A stretch of DNA of 64,000 nt from Protoeuglena noctilucae. Lineage: Eukaryota. Numbering within the stretch: the stretch's first letter is position 1; each line of letters begins with the position of its first letter. Positions 26,001 through 37,091 of this stretch are shown here, piece after piece. Made by a program: the position numbers and the translations under genes. Below the pieces are notes generated by a model. It was not told the DNA's origin and did not search any database. It saw nothing but the letters and a program-made list of their open reading frames with translations. The DNA is taken from contig OY253680.1 in the NCBI GenBank assembly GCA_958009085.1, positions 124,001-188,000 on the forward strand. Direction: 5' to 3'.

Positions 26001-29000
26001 TGTATACACGTCCCATTCTCTCTCCCTCACCTGTATGGCCCCCGACTCGAACAGCGTGTCCACCACCTCGCGCTCCACGGCCGGCATGCTCTCGTGCACA
26101 AACGCCACGCCGAACTGAGGGGGGCAGGGGGGGAGGGGAGATGTGAAGTGTCAGAGATGCAAACACTGTGATTGGATCATATCGTCATACAGTGTTTGAG
26201 GCATCAAATAGTCAAAGGCATCTCTCCACCCCTGCACCCATCGGTACCATCACCCGCGCCCCTCCAACCCACCCACCCATCCACCCCTACCCCTCACCTT
26301 CACCCCCTCTCCCCACTACCCCCACCCGCACCCCCACCCCACCCCCACTCCCACATCTCACCTGCAGCGCGTGCCAGAGCGCCTTGTCCCTGACCATCTC
26401 CACCACACCCACACCCATCCACCCCACTCACCCGCACCCCTCATCCCCCCACACACATCACCCACACCCCACACCCCTTCCCCCATGCAACCCACACCCC
26501 ACACCCCCTCCTCTCACCTGCAGCGCGTGCCTGAGCGCCTTGTCTTTGACCTTCTCCAGGTATGGCGCCAGCGACTCCGCGGGCACGTGCAGGAAGCGCC
26601 CCGGCTCCCCGTTGCTCGCCGCGAAGGTGAGGAGATCGAGGGCGGTGAGCCGCGCATGCTTGCGTGTGGGGACGAACACCAGCGCCGGCTTGGAGCCCTG
26701 CGCGTGGTTGACGATGGCGTTGAAGGCCGGCTTGGCCATGGCCTGCATACGGGCCTCGAAGTTCGACACGTCGAATCCCTGCACGTGGATCTCCAGCGGC
26801 ACGGGCCGGACGCCCGGCGGGAAGTTGAACAGGCAAGAGGCGGGGGCCCCGATCCACTCCCCCATGTCGCGCGCGTTGGCCACCGACGAAGCCAGCCCCA
26901 CGATGCGGATCGGGCGCTGCTGGAGGGAGGAGAGGAAGCGGGTGCGCGACACGGCCACCTCCATCACGTGCCCGCCCTCTCCGGACAGCAAGTGCAGCTC
27001 GTCGGCCACCAACAGCGCAACGTCCTGCACCGCCCGCCGCTGCCGCCAGCGCCGCGAGAGCATGTCCCACTGCTCCGCCGTGGCCAGGCACAGGTTGGAG
27101 CTCTCCAGGATTTTGTTATCCGCCGCGGGGGCGCCCGTGAGCGACCGCACCGCGAGCCCCAGCACCTTCCCGAACCGGGCCTCCCAGTCCCGCAGCCGCT
27201 CCCGCACGATCGCCTCCGTCGGCGCCACGTAGACGCAGCGCGCGGGGCACTTGCCCTCGAGCGCGCGCGAGAGCATGCGCAGCACGGCGAACTCGGCGCA
27301 TGCCGTCTTGCCGGAGCCGGTCGGGGCGGCGACCAGCACGTTGTCGTCCGTGTTGTAGAGCGCCGCGAAGACCTGCATCTGGATGGGGTTGAAGGTCCTC
27401 ACGCGGCCCTCGTAGATCGCCTCGAACTCGGCATTGCGAAGGGCCGAGATGGGCAGGGGCTGCAGGTCCAGTAGCTCGGTTGGCGGGGGGAACTTGGCAG
27501 GCAGCAGCAGTCGCTGGAAGGAGACGGGCAGCGTGGTCTCGGACTGCAGCCACCGGTCGGATACCACTCGGACGAAGTACTGGGGCGGGAGGGGCTCGGC
27601 GATGGGTACCGTGAAGGCGAGCGTGTGGTCTTCGCTCGCGTACTGGGCCCTCAGCAGGAAGAGCTCGTGGTGCAGCAGGACCTCGGAGTCGGCGTCTTCT
27701 ACCAGAACCCAGAAGGGCTCGACGAAGCCGTGGACCTTGTCGTCCCAGGCGAAGTCCGGCGTGATGGTGAGCTCGATGCGCACCACCGAGCGCGTGATGG
27801 GCTGCACGTGGGCCGACAGCTCCAGCTTGGGGAACTGGTGCACCAGGCGGTGCAGGCTCTTGCCCAGCTTAGGCATGCGGACCAGCTCCCCCAGCTCGGC
27901 GGGCGTCAAGTCATAGTACCGCTCCCACGCGATGTCCTTGCGCTCGATCTTCTGCAGGATCTCCGGCGGCACCCCCCGGAACTGCCGGAGCGGCGACTGC
28001 GACGCCCAGATGCGCCGCGTGACCATCTTGCACAGCGAGAGCGCCTTATCGGCCAGCTGCGCCCACCCCCGCCTCAGGCAGATCTCAAAAAGGCATCGTA
28101 CCAGCCGCCCCGCGCTCTGCGTGACGTAGACCATGTCGCTGGTCACCGCGAGGCCCTCCAGCTTGAGCCGGCTGATGTACGTCTGCAGAAGCATGTTGAT
28201 CTTGGCCGTCGGCTCCTCGATGCTCTCCTTGACCGGGATCGGAACCCGCTCCACCAGCTTGGCCAGCTCCTGCTTCTCCTCGTCGCGCACGAGGATGTAC
28301 TTGAACTCGTCCGAAAGCGCGAAGAGCCTCAGCAGGTCAATCTCCCCCATGGACGGCCGGAGGTGCTCGTTGTAGGTCGCGATGGTCGAGTGCGTGACGT
28401 AGTAGTGCGACGCGATGCGGCCCAGGTCGGTCGTCTGGATGGAACCCGACCGACGGTCGTAGCGCAGCAGGTTGTTCTTGTCCAACACCGACGCGGCCGT
28501 GTGAGCCAAGTCAGCCCGCCGCGACTCCAGCAGAGGGTCGCTGTCGGCCTCGTCCACCGGCAAGCCGTACAGCGTCGGGTTGCGCAGCATGCGGACGTAC
28601 AGGTACGTGTACCCCAGCCACTGCGCCGCCTCCTTCAGGTTGCTGACCGTGCCCAGCACCACCTCGGCGTTGAGGCTGTCGGCCAGCTTGCCCACCAGCT
28701 GCGACTCCACCGGGAGCTGCTGGTTGAGCAGGCTCAGGTAGAACTGCAGCTCGCCGTGGCCCGTCAGCACGATGCCCTCTCCGAACGTATCGTGCTGCGG
28801 GCGCCCGGCGCGCCCCAGCATCTGCATCATGTCCAGCATGGACAGCTGGTCCCACCCGGACTTGACCGGGTTGTACACCTCGGTCCCCTTGATGATGACC
28901 GTGTGGGCGGGGAGGTTGACGCCCCACGCGAGCGTGGCGGTCGACACCAACACCTGGATGTGGCGATCGGCGAACAGATCCTCCACCAGCTGCCGGTCCG

Positions 29001-32000
29001 ACCGCTGCATGCCCGCGTGGTGGATCGCGAAGCCGTGGGGGAGGAGGTCCTTGAGATCCGAGCTCTTGACGTCCTCGGATTCTGACTGGAGGATCTCGCG
29101 GCTGGCGGCGTCGTCGCGCATGAAACGCCCCATGATGTCCTTGGCCAGGCACTGGTCGCGGAGGTACTTGGCCGTCTGGGGGTGAGTGGGTGGGGGTGAG
29201 TGGGTGAGTGGGCGGGGTGGTGACTGACTGAAAGGGGCAGGGGTGGGGTAGGGCGTGGGTGCGGAGGGAGGGGGTGGGAGAGGTGACTAACTGATGAGGG
29301 TATTGGTGGGGGAAGAGGCGATGCACGGTGCAAGATTAGCAATGGCATGACCCATCAGCTAGGCCACGCAACGTGTCACGCCTGCAGCAGCACGTCACGA
29401 TCCTCACCTCGCACGCCCCCTTGCACTACCAGTAAACCAACACCTTAGTCCCTAACACGCAAACAAAATAGACGAACACCAGCCCATACGTGTCTAAGGC
29501 ACTCGCCTCCTTGCACTACTAGTGCACCAACACCCCAGCAATGACGAAGCAATCATACAAACACCGCCCCATGTCCCACTCGCCTTGGCCGTCTCCTTGC
29601 GCGAGTGCACGAACACCAGTATCTGGTGCTTCCCGGCCCTCTCCGCGACCTTCTCGTAGCATATCTCGTTCATGAGCTGGAACCGCTGCAGGGGCTTGCG
29701 CACCGTGATGCCGATGAACTGCTGCTCGAGCGGGCAGGGCCGGAACGAGTTGTCGAAGAAAAAGAGTCCCTTCTCGGGATCGACCCTCAGGAACGCCGCC
29801 ACGTCCTCGTAGTTGGGAAGCGTGGCCGACAGCCCCACCAGCCGGATCATCTCCTGGGTCGATTCGATCTGCCGCACCGTGCGCGCCACGATAGCCTCCA
29901 GCACGGGACCCCGATCGTCGTGCAGCAGGTGGATCTCGTCGATGATCAACAGCTTGACCAGGTTGGTGTACGTGCGGTCGCCGGACTTGCGCGTGATGAT
30001 GTCCCACTTCTCGGGGGTCGTCACGATGACCTGCGTGTCCTCAATCTCGGCCCGCGAGAGGTTCACGTCGCCCGTGAGCTCCCGGACCTTGATCCCGTAC
30101 GCCTCGAGTCGCTTGCCGAAGTTGCCCACCATCTCGGCCACCAGCGCCTTCATCGGCGCCACGTAGACGATCTTGAACGCCGACGTGTCGATCGTCCCGT
30201 CCTCCCGACGGTACAGCCCGACCGTGTGCATGATGGAGAGCATCGCCACGTTGGTCTTGCCGGCGCCCGTGGGGGCGCAGATGAGGAGGTTTTCACTTGA
30301 GAAGAGAGCGGTGTCGTACACCCGGCTCTGGATGCGGTTGAGCTGTTTCATGCCTGAAAAAGCGTCCCACGCCCACTCGGGCATGTCCGAAATGTTCACC
30401 AGGCGCTCTGCGGGGGCGGGGTGGGTGGGGGGTGTTGGTGGGTGGGGTGGGTGGGGACATGGTGAGGTGGGGTGGGTGGGGGCGTAGGGAGCAGTGAAGG
30501 GTGAGAGGTGGCATAGGGAGCATAGACGAGGTGAAGAGCTAAACATGCGGCGGCCAGCCAACGACAGCGCTTAGCAAATCACCAGCCAGCCACAGCGCTC
30601 GACCCCTCGCAACGACCCCAGTGGCCGCCACCCAGCCCCACCGCTTCCCCGCCCCCACCAACCTCGCAAAGCAAAGCAAACCCAGCAACCGCCTCACAAA
30701 CCTCACTCTCACAACCCCTCCTGGTAACAACCCCCCCCCCCCCCCCCCCCCCCTACTCACCCTTGTCCGCCATTGGCTTGGGCTTGAGCGCTGGCACGTG
30801 TACTTCCTCGTACCCCTTACGGGACATGCGGTAGGACCCGGGAAGCTCCACCTTCTTGTTGCTCATCAGCCGCCCGCCCTCGTGGAACTCGAGGTTCTCC
30901 AAATCCAGCTGCCGGCGCCCAGCCGCCGCGTCACCCGCCCCCGCGCCCTCGCCCGCCCCGTCGCGCCCCGCCCCCATGCGCTCCCGCAGCTTCCGCGCCT
31001 CGCTCTTGATCGCCCGCTCCGCCGCCGCCTGCCGCTCGCGCTTGGTGCCGCGCGTGGCGCGCAGGGCCTCCAGGATGGGCGCCGGCATGGCCGCCTCCAC
31101 CTCGGCGCGCTCCGCGTCGCTCTGGGCCCGCGCCAGCCGCGTGCACCACACCACCTTGTCTCGATTCCCCAAAAGCATCTTGATGAGCGGGAAGCGGTCA
31201 TAGTCGACCAGCGCCACCAGCTGCGACTCGACCTCCAAGTCCGGAGCGTCCGACCCCAGCAGCCCCAACACCTCATCCGCCAGGGACATGGCCTGGTTGG
31301 GATCCAGCGCACCCTCCCCGTACGCCCGCGCCACCTCCCGCTGCAGCCAGTACGCGTCGATGTCCTGGGGGTTCAGCCCCGCGTCGCCGTCGCCGTCGGC
31401 CCCCAAGTCGCGACGAGTGCGAATGTCGCCCTTGCCAAGCTCGTCCTCCTCGCCGCCCTCCTCGTCCTCGTCGCGGCCGTCCACCTCCTGCGATGACGAA
31501 CACGAACGATGTAGATGGTGAGTGGGTTCGCAAGGACCACCATGCTAACCCAACCAGGCAAAAACTCATGCGCCACGCCATGTCTGCTCCGCTCTGCTTC
31601 ACCCCAACCCATCTACCCCTACTTCTGTGTGATTGAATCCACTCCGTCGAATCTTACTCCTCACCAGCCAATGCGCCCCACACCCCACCACCCACGCACC
31701 CAACCCCACCCATCGCACACGCACCACCCAAGCCCCACCCCACACCACCACCAACCCCACCCCCACACCCCTCACCTCCGCCATGACGTCGTCCGGATCC
31801 CCCTGCTCCTCCTCCTCCTCGTCAAACTCCACCGCGACCCCAAACTCCTCGGCGTCGTGGTCCACGCCCGCGGCGTCCTTCTCCCTCTCCTCTTGCGTCG
31901 TGAAGTCCCCGATCAAATCCGAGATGGCGTGCAGCTCGCCGAAACGCTCCTCGGTCATCGATCCCAGCAGGCCCTCGAGCTCCTTTTTCTTCTGAGGGGC

Positions 32001-32848
32001 CGTCCGGCCCTCGGCTTTGATGACCGACAGCACCTCGTCGGCCGCCCCGCGCAGGATGTCCTCCGGCTGGTCGCCCAGGGACTCCTGGATTTTCGAAAGC
32101 ATCGCCTCGTACGCCGCGCGCGTCTCCCGCGTGCGCGGGCGGTACAGCCCGGCCGCGTCGACGTCGAGAACAGACCGCGCTGCACGCGCACGCTTCTGCT
32201 TGCGCGCCAAGGGGTCCAGCTCGTCCGCGCCCGGCCGGCGCTTGGCCTGCGTCTTCGCCACGGGCTTCTCCGGGGCCACGCGGTCCCCCATAGGGAACAT
32301 GCGCTTGTTCTTGAGCGACTCGGGCGCGCCCGTGGGCTCCGAGGCGATGCGCGCCGAACGGTTCGCCGTGAGCACCAGGTTGGAGTTCTGCGTGGGGAGA
32401 AACACAACCTCAGTCGAAGAATACGCGGAGACCGGGGCGAGGCCGCGCGACGGACGCGGCGGCGGGGGGAAAAGCGCCGCGTGCAGTGAAGCCCGCCCCG
32501 CCCGATCTCCGCTCTACGCCGCCAGAAGCCAAAGCTGGACGCATGATGGCATCTTAGCCATAACACGGAAGGCCCGTCAGAGGGCCGTCCGGGCCGGACA
32601 TGGGCGCGGGGGCCCGTCTCCACAGCCCAACAGGACAGGGCCCCAGCCCGGCGCGCGAGGCCCACAGGAGCCCTACCAGGGTTTGCCGCGGGCGTCTCTC
32701 AGCCATCGCTCACCTGCTTGTAGTCATACTGCTTGAACCTGGCGATCGTGTCGGCGTCCTTCGCGTTCCCCGCTTGGAACTCCTTCTGCAGCGCCGCGCG
32801 CTTCTCCTCGATCCCCGGCGCCCCCGCCCTGTCGACATCGCGTCCCAT
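23064..32848 (-). CDS. BRR2: U5 snRNP 200-kDa helicase Brr2
   Basis: [36 protein letters not shown], two Ski2-like cassettes ([30 protein letters not shown]), Sec63 domains, and terminal [12 protein letters not shown] with TGA at 23064-23066. Confidence 0.97.
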
Positions 32849-33292
32849 CTTGACCCGCCTCCGGTGTCAAGGCGCCGGCGGCAGCCGAGATCGATGGGGA
32901 GAGGCCTCCCCCCTGTCTCCTGCCCCTCCCTGCCCCGCAATCAAGCAGAGCGCGCGGGGTTACCCGTGCACTAGAGGATAGCGTGAGCTGCAGGCGCTAC
33001 GCGAGACCCTGCGCCCGCGCGGCGATCCACAAGGGGAGCACGCCCGCGGTGACGAGCGTGTCAAAGGAAAGGGTAGATTTGGGCGATCGTCGGCCTCGCC
33101 CAGCTCTGTCCTGCGCCATGCTCGTGCCCTACGCAAGTCCTGGGCGGCGGGGGGCCGCGGTCGGCCCCGTGCACTGGCGCTGGAATCGCGTGTCGCGCCC
33201 GGGCTCACGCTCGTCGGCCCCAGCCGCCGCGCGACCCCTCCAGTCCCTCTCTATTTACGTCCCGGAGTATCGTGTCGCGCTCAGAGGGGCAT

Positions 33293-35250
33293 ATGTCGGG
33301 TCGTGGACGAGGCGGCCGCGGTGAGCTCGTGGGCCTCGCAGGAGCGGCTGTGGGCCTTCCGGAACGGATGAGCGCGATTTGATTTGGATGAGGAACATGT
33401 TCTCGCCCCCTTCAAGCCGTTTCAACCCTTGCCCGGGGAGCATCGGCGACCCGCCCTTTCCAGCCGTCTCCGCGTTGTCTCCGCGCGGAGGGAGGCCCTA
33501 CCCCTTGTCTGCCCTGTCCGTTTCTCGACAGCAGTTGGTCTATCTTAGTCAGCACGCCCTGGGGGCTTCAGAGCGACCGTCCGCTGGGTTCGCTCGCGCA
33601 GGGGGCGGCCGCGGGTTTGGGGGTCGCGGAGGCGGGAGGGGAGGGGGTCGCGGGTTTGGGGGCCGCGGGGGCGTCGAGAAGGGCGGGAGGGGCCGCGGGT
33701 GAGCCTGCGCCGGCGCGGGCGGGGGCTGCGTTGTCCAGCGGGCGTTCGCGGCGGCGCACGCGCCGGCTTGGGCGGTAAGCGTGACGCGGTGGGACTACTC
33801 TCCTCCGCAGCGGGCGCGGCGGTGCGCGTGGCGGCCGCGGTGGGCGCGGGGGCGGCCGCGGGGGCGGCCGCGGCGGCATGAAGGGCGGTGCCAAGGTGGT
33901 GATTGAGGCTCACCGCCACGAGGGCATCTTCATCGCTCGCGGCAAGGAGGACGCGCTCGTGACTCGCAACCTGGTCGTGGGCGAGAGCGTGTATGGCGAG
34001 AAGCGCGTGGCGGTCGAGGTGGAGGATGGCACCAAGGTGGAGTATCGCGTCTGGAACCCGTTCCGCTCCAAGCTGGCCGCGGCCGTCCTGGGCGGCGTGG
34101 ACAACATCCACATCAAACCGGGCGCCAAGGTGCTGTACCTGGGTGCCGCGTCGGGCACGTCCGTGTCACACGTCTCGGACATCGTCGGCCCCGAGGGCGC
34201 CGTCTACGCCGTCGAGTTCTCCCACCGCTCCGGGTGAGTGCTTGGCATCGATAGAGACGCCGCTTGGCGGGCTGGGCTCTGCTGGGTGCACGGAAGAGTG
34301 CATGCGGCGAGGTTGCGACCAGCCTCTGGGTTGGTCTGTTGGGTGCCACCTTTGGAGCCCTTTCAGCCCATGCGTGCTTGCATGCGCGTGACACGAGCGG
34401 TGCTTGCTTGCTTGCTGGCCGTCACGCACTGCCGCTCCTCGCTCGCAGGCGCGACCTGGTCAACATGGCCAAGAAGCGGCCGAACGTGATTCCCATCATC
34501 GAGGACGCGCGGCGGCCGGAGAAGTACCGGATGCTCGTGCCGATGGTCGACGTCATCTTCGCGGACGTGGCGCAGGTGCGTGGAAGGCCAGAGGGGCAGC
34601 TGCAGCTGCAGCTGCAGGCGCGATGAGCTAAGTGTGCTTGTGCATGGCCCGCGCGGGCCGGGCGGTGACGAGGAAACTGTTTATCCGCGCTTCTGATCCC
34701 TTCGGGAGGTGCAGATATTACTTGCTTGGTGAATTCTGTCTGAGCCCACAGATCCATGCGCGCGCGTGCTTTGCTTCGCTTTCCGCCCTTTGCCACCGCC
34801 GACCGCCCCGCCCGCCGCCGCGACCGCCCGCAGCCGGACCAGGCGCGCATCGTGGGCCACAACGCGCAGTACTTCCTCAAGAACAACGGCGGCATCGTCA
34901 TTTCGATCAAGGCCTCGTGCATTGACTCGACCGTGCCCGCCGAGGCCGTCTTCGCCCGCGAAGTCAAGAAGATGCAGGAGATGCAGATCAAGGCGAGTGC
35001 GGCGATGGTGCCGGCGTTTCAAGGGATGCATGGAAGTTCGAGTCGCAGCCGCGGAAGCGACTGGTCGCACGTCGGCGGCCACACTGAGGGCTTCTCACCA
35101 CAGAGTTCGTCATCAATATATCGCATCATCTCTTTTGCTTTCACTCTGCGCTCGCAGCCCAAGGAGCAGCTGACGCTGGAGCCCTACGAGAGGGACCACG
35201 CCGTTGTGGTGGGCATCTACCGGTCCCAGAAGAAGAAGAAGGACGACTGA
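33293..35250 (+). CDS. FBL: Fibrillarin (rRNA 2'-O-methyltransferase)
   Basis: RGG/GAR N-terminal exons from ATG 33293, then [71 protein letters not shown]. Confidence 0.97.
34660..34747 (+). ncRNA. Intronic box C/D snoRNA, predicted LSU (25S/28S) rRNA methylation guide
   Basis: Terminal stem GGGC (34660-63)/GCCC (34744-47); C-like box GTGACGA 34665-71; D' CTGA 34693-96; TCCC-TTCG-GGA hairpin; D CTGA 34740-43. The guide CTTGGTGAATTCTG (34725-38) is complementary to the conserved LSU segment CAGAAUUCACCAAG (recalled, not aligned). Confidence 0.8.
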
Positions 35251-35820
35251 GGCACCGTTGCATGAAACGTGCTTTGCAATGGAGGATATGGAGGACACCG
35301 GCGGCACTTCTGGCACGTGTCGCTTTGTGCGATGGCCAGACAGGTGGTTGGTTTGGGATGGGGATATAGGTAGGGTCCCGAGGGCTGCACGGCTACTGTG
35401 CTGTGCCATGCCCCGCCACGGACCCTTGGTGGCGGTTCACCGAGACGCGATGGAGTCACGGTGTGCTGTTTCGGTGCTTCTTGCCTTGCGTCGGCTTTGC
35501 GCGGTGGGCTGGCCTCACCGATGTTCGCTGGGCTAGCCAGTTGCTTGCCCCGGCAGTTCTGAGCCCTTGTGTGTGTTTGCCGGGCCCACGGCATCTAGTC
35601 TGCCATTTCGCTCGTAGCCAAGGGTGGGCCCAGACCATGGGCCTGCAGAGATGACGCGGCTTTTCCTTGCATGTTCTCGTGTCTTCCCGCGCCCGGGGTG
35701 TAAAAGCTGGCCACGCGCGGCCGCCCCTCAGTTGCGAGGATTGAACGTAACGGAAACAAAAACCAAACGCTGAGCTGTAGTGAGGCAGCTGCAATCATCC
35801 GTGCAATCACCGACCCACAG

Positions 35821-36645
35821 TCACGATGACAGCCAAGCAAAGTGCTCGTTGCCCTCCCCGCCCTCGGGAATGACATCCAACTTGTACACCAGCCGCACGT
35901 CGTCCTCGCAGCACCCGCCTGGAGGCGAGCGGTGCACGGCGCCACGCCCCTGCCGGCCCGGCCACCCCGACCCTTTCAGCAGCAACACGTCCCCCGGACC
36001 CGCCTCCCACACTTTTGCCCCCCGGCGTGCGTCTGTAGTACTCCCCGGCTGCAGGGAACAAGCCGAGGACTAACTTGAGCTATTTCTGCTCCGCTTCTGC
36101 TTTAGTTCTGCACATCCACTGCCACCAAGGACCCCCCACCCAGGGCCACGCACCTGGTCGGTTTGGCCCAGCCACGCTCGGATCCTCGCTTGCCCCTCCG
36201 AGAGGTACAGCGCGTCCTCATCCTCCACCCACTGCGTCCCGTGGCCAAAGTAGGTGACCAGAAGCCGCACGGCAACCTTGTCTTGATGCCAGCGAGGGCA
36301 CGGCCGCGTCCGCAGCAGCTCTAGCGACGCTTGCAGGCCGCGCAGCCGCCCCAGCGCGCGCGTCTCCGACAGCTCGGTCCAAAGCGCCGCGGCGACGGAT
36401 GCAGCGTCCGCTGTTACGCCCTCGGTGGGCACGGGCAAGGCGTGAAATCCCTCCATCAGCCGCTCGCGCATCGCGTCGGCGTCGCCCTCGGGCAGCAGGA
36501 TCGGCACATCCGCTCGGAAGCTAGGGACGTCGGCCAGCTGCGTGGCGAGCTGGGCGCTGTTGACGCGGTGCTCGTCCGGGCCACGCGCGACGTGCAGGAC
36601 CGGTCCGGGGCCCCGCAGGCCGCGTAGTGCAGCTGCGGGCGTCAT
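35821..36645 (-). CDS. DUF1826-like protein (2 exons; start may lie further upstream)
   Basis: CPRWHQDKVAVRLLVTYFGHGTQWV and GDVLLLKGSGW..GAVHRSP..RLVYKLD match the motifs I associate with DUF1826. Confidence 0.75.
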
Positions 36646-37091
36646 TAGAGCGTTAAAACGGTGACGAAGGTTCCAATGTGCGATATAGCGTTTGCCTTCG
36701 ACACTCGGGGCGCGCGATGAGGCACCAAGCAGCGCTCACCACGCAGCGAAGAGTTGCAGATAGCGGGGGCGGGACGAGCCCCCGAGTTGGCGACGGCCAC
36801 GGATGACATGACGGCCATTGCAGTTCACGATATGCGGAATGGACATTCTGTGAGTCACGAGGCAGATTTTCACGTCCGACGCAGGGCCGGCGCCAGACAC
36901 GACGTCTGTGACTTGATGAAGCTCCCGATGCCACGACGAATGGCTTTACGGGTTTCACGCGACGTCTGTGCGTCGCGTCCGCTGTCCTTGGCGCCTCGAG
37001 GCAGCACCTTCTGTCCCTTCGTCTACTCCCATGCGCTAGCACAGAATATATCGCCCGGGGCGCAACTGCACCGCATGTGGTAGGAAGATAG

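Noticed and set aside
27625..29085. 486-aa plus-strand ORF
   Set aside because: Antisense shadow of the GC3-rich BRR2 exon; no independent motifs.
34640..34655. GCATGGCCC resemblance to U6 snRNA
   Set aside because: Only 9 nt match and no other U6 elements are present.
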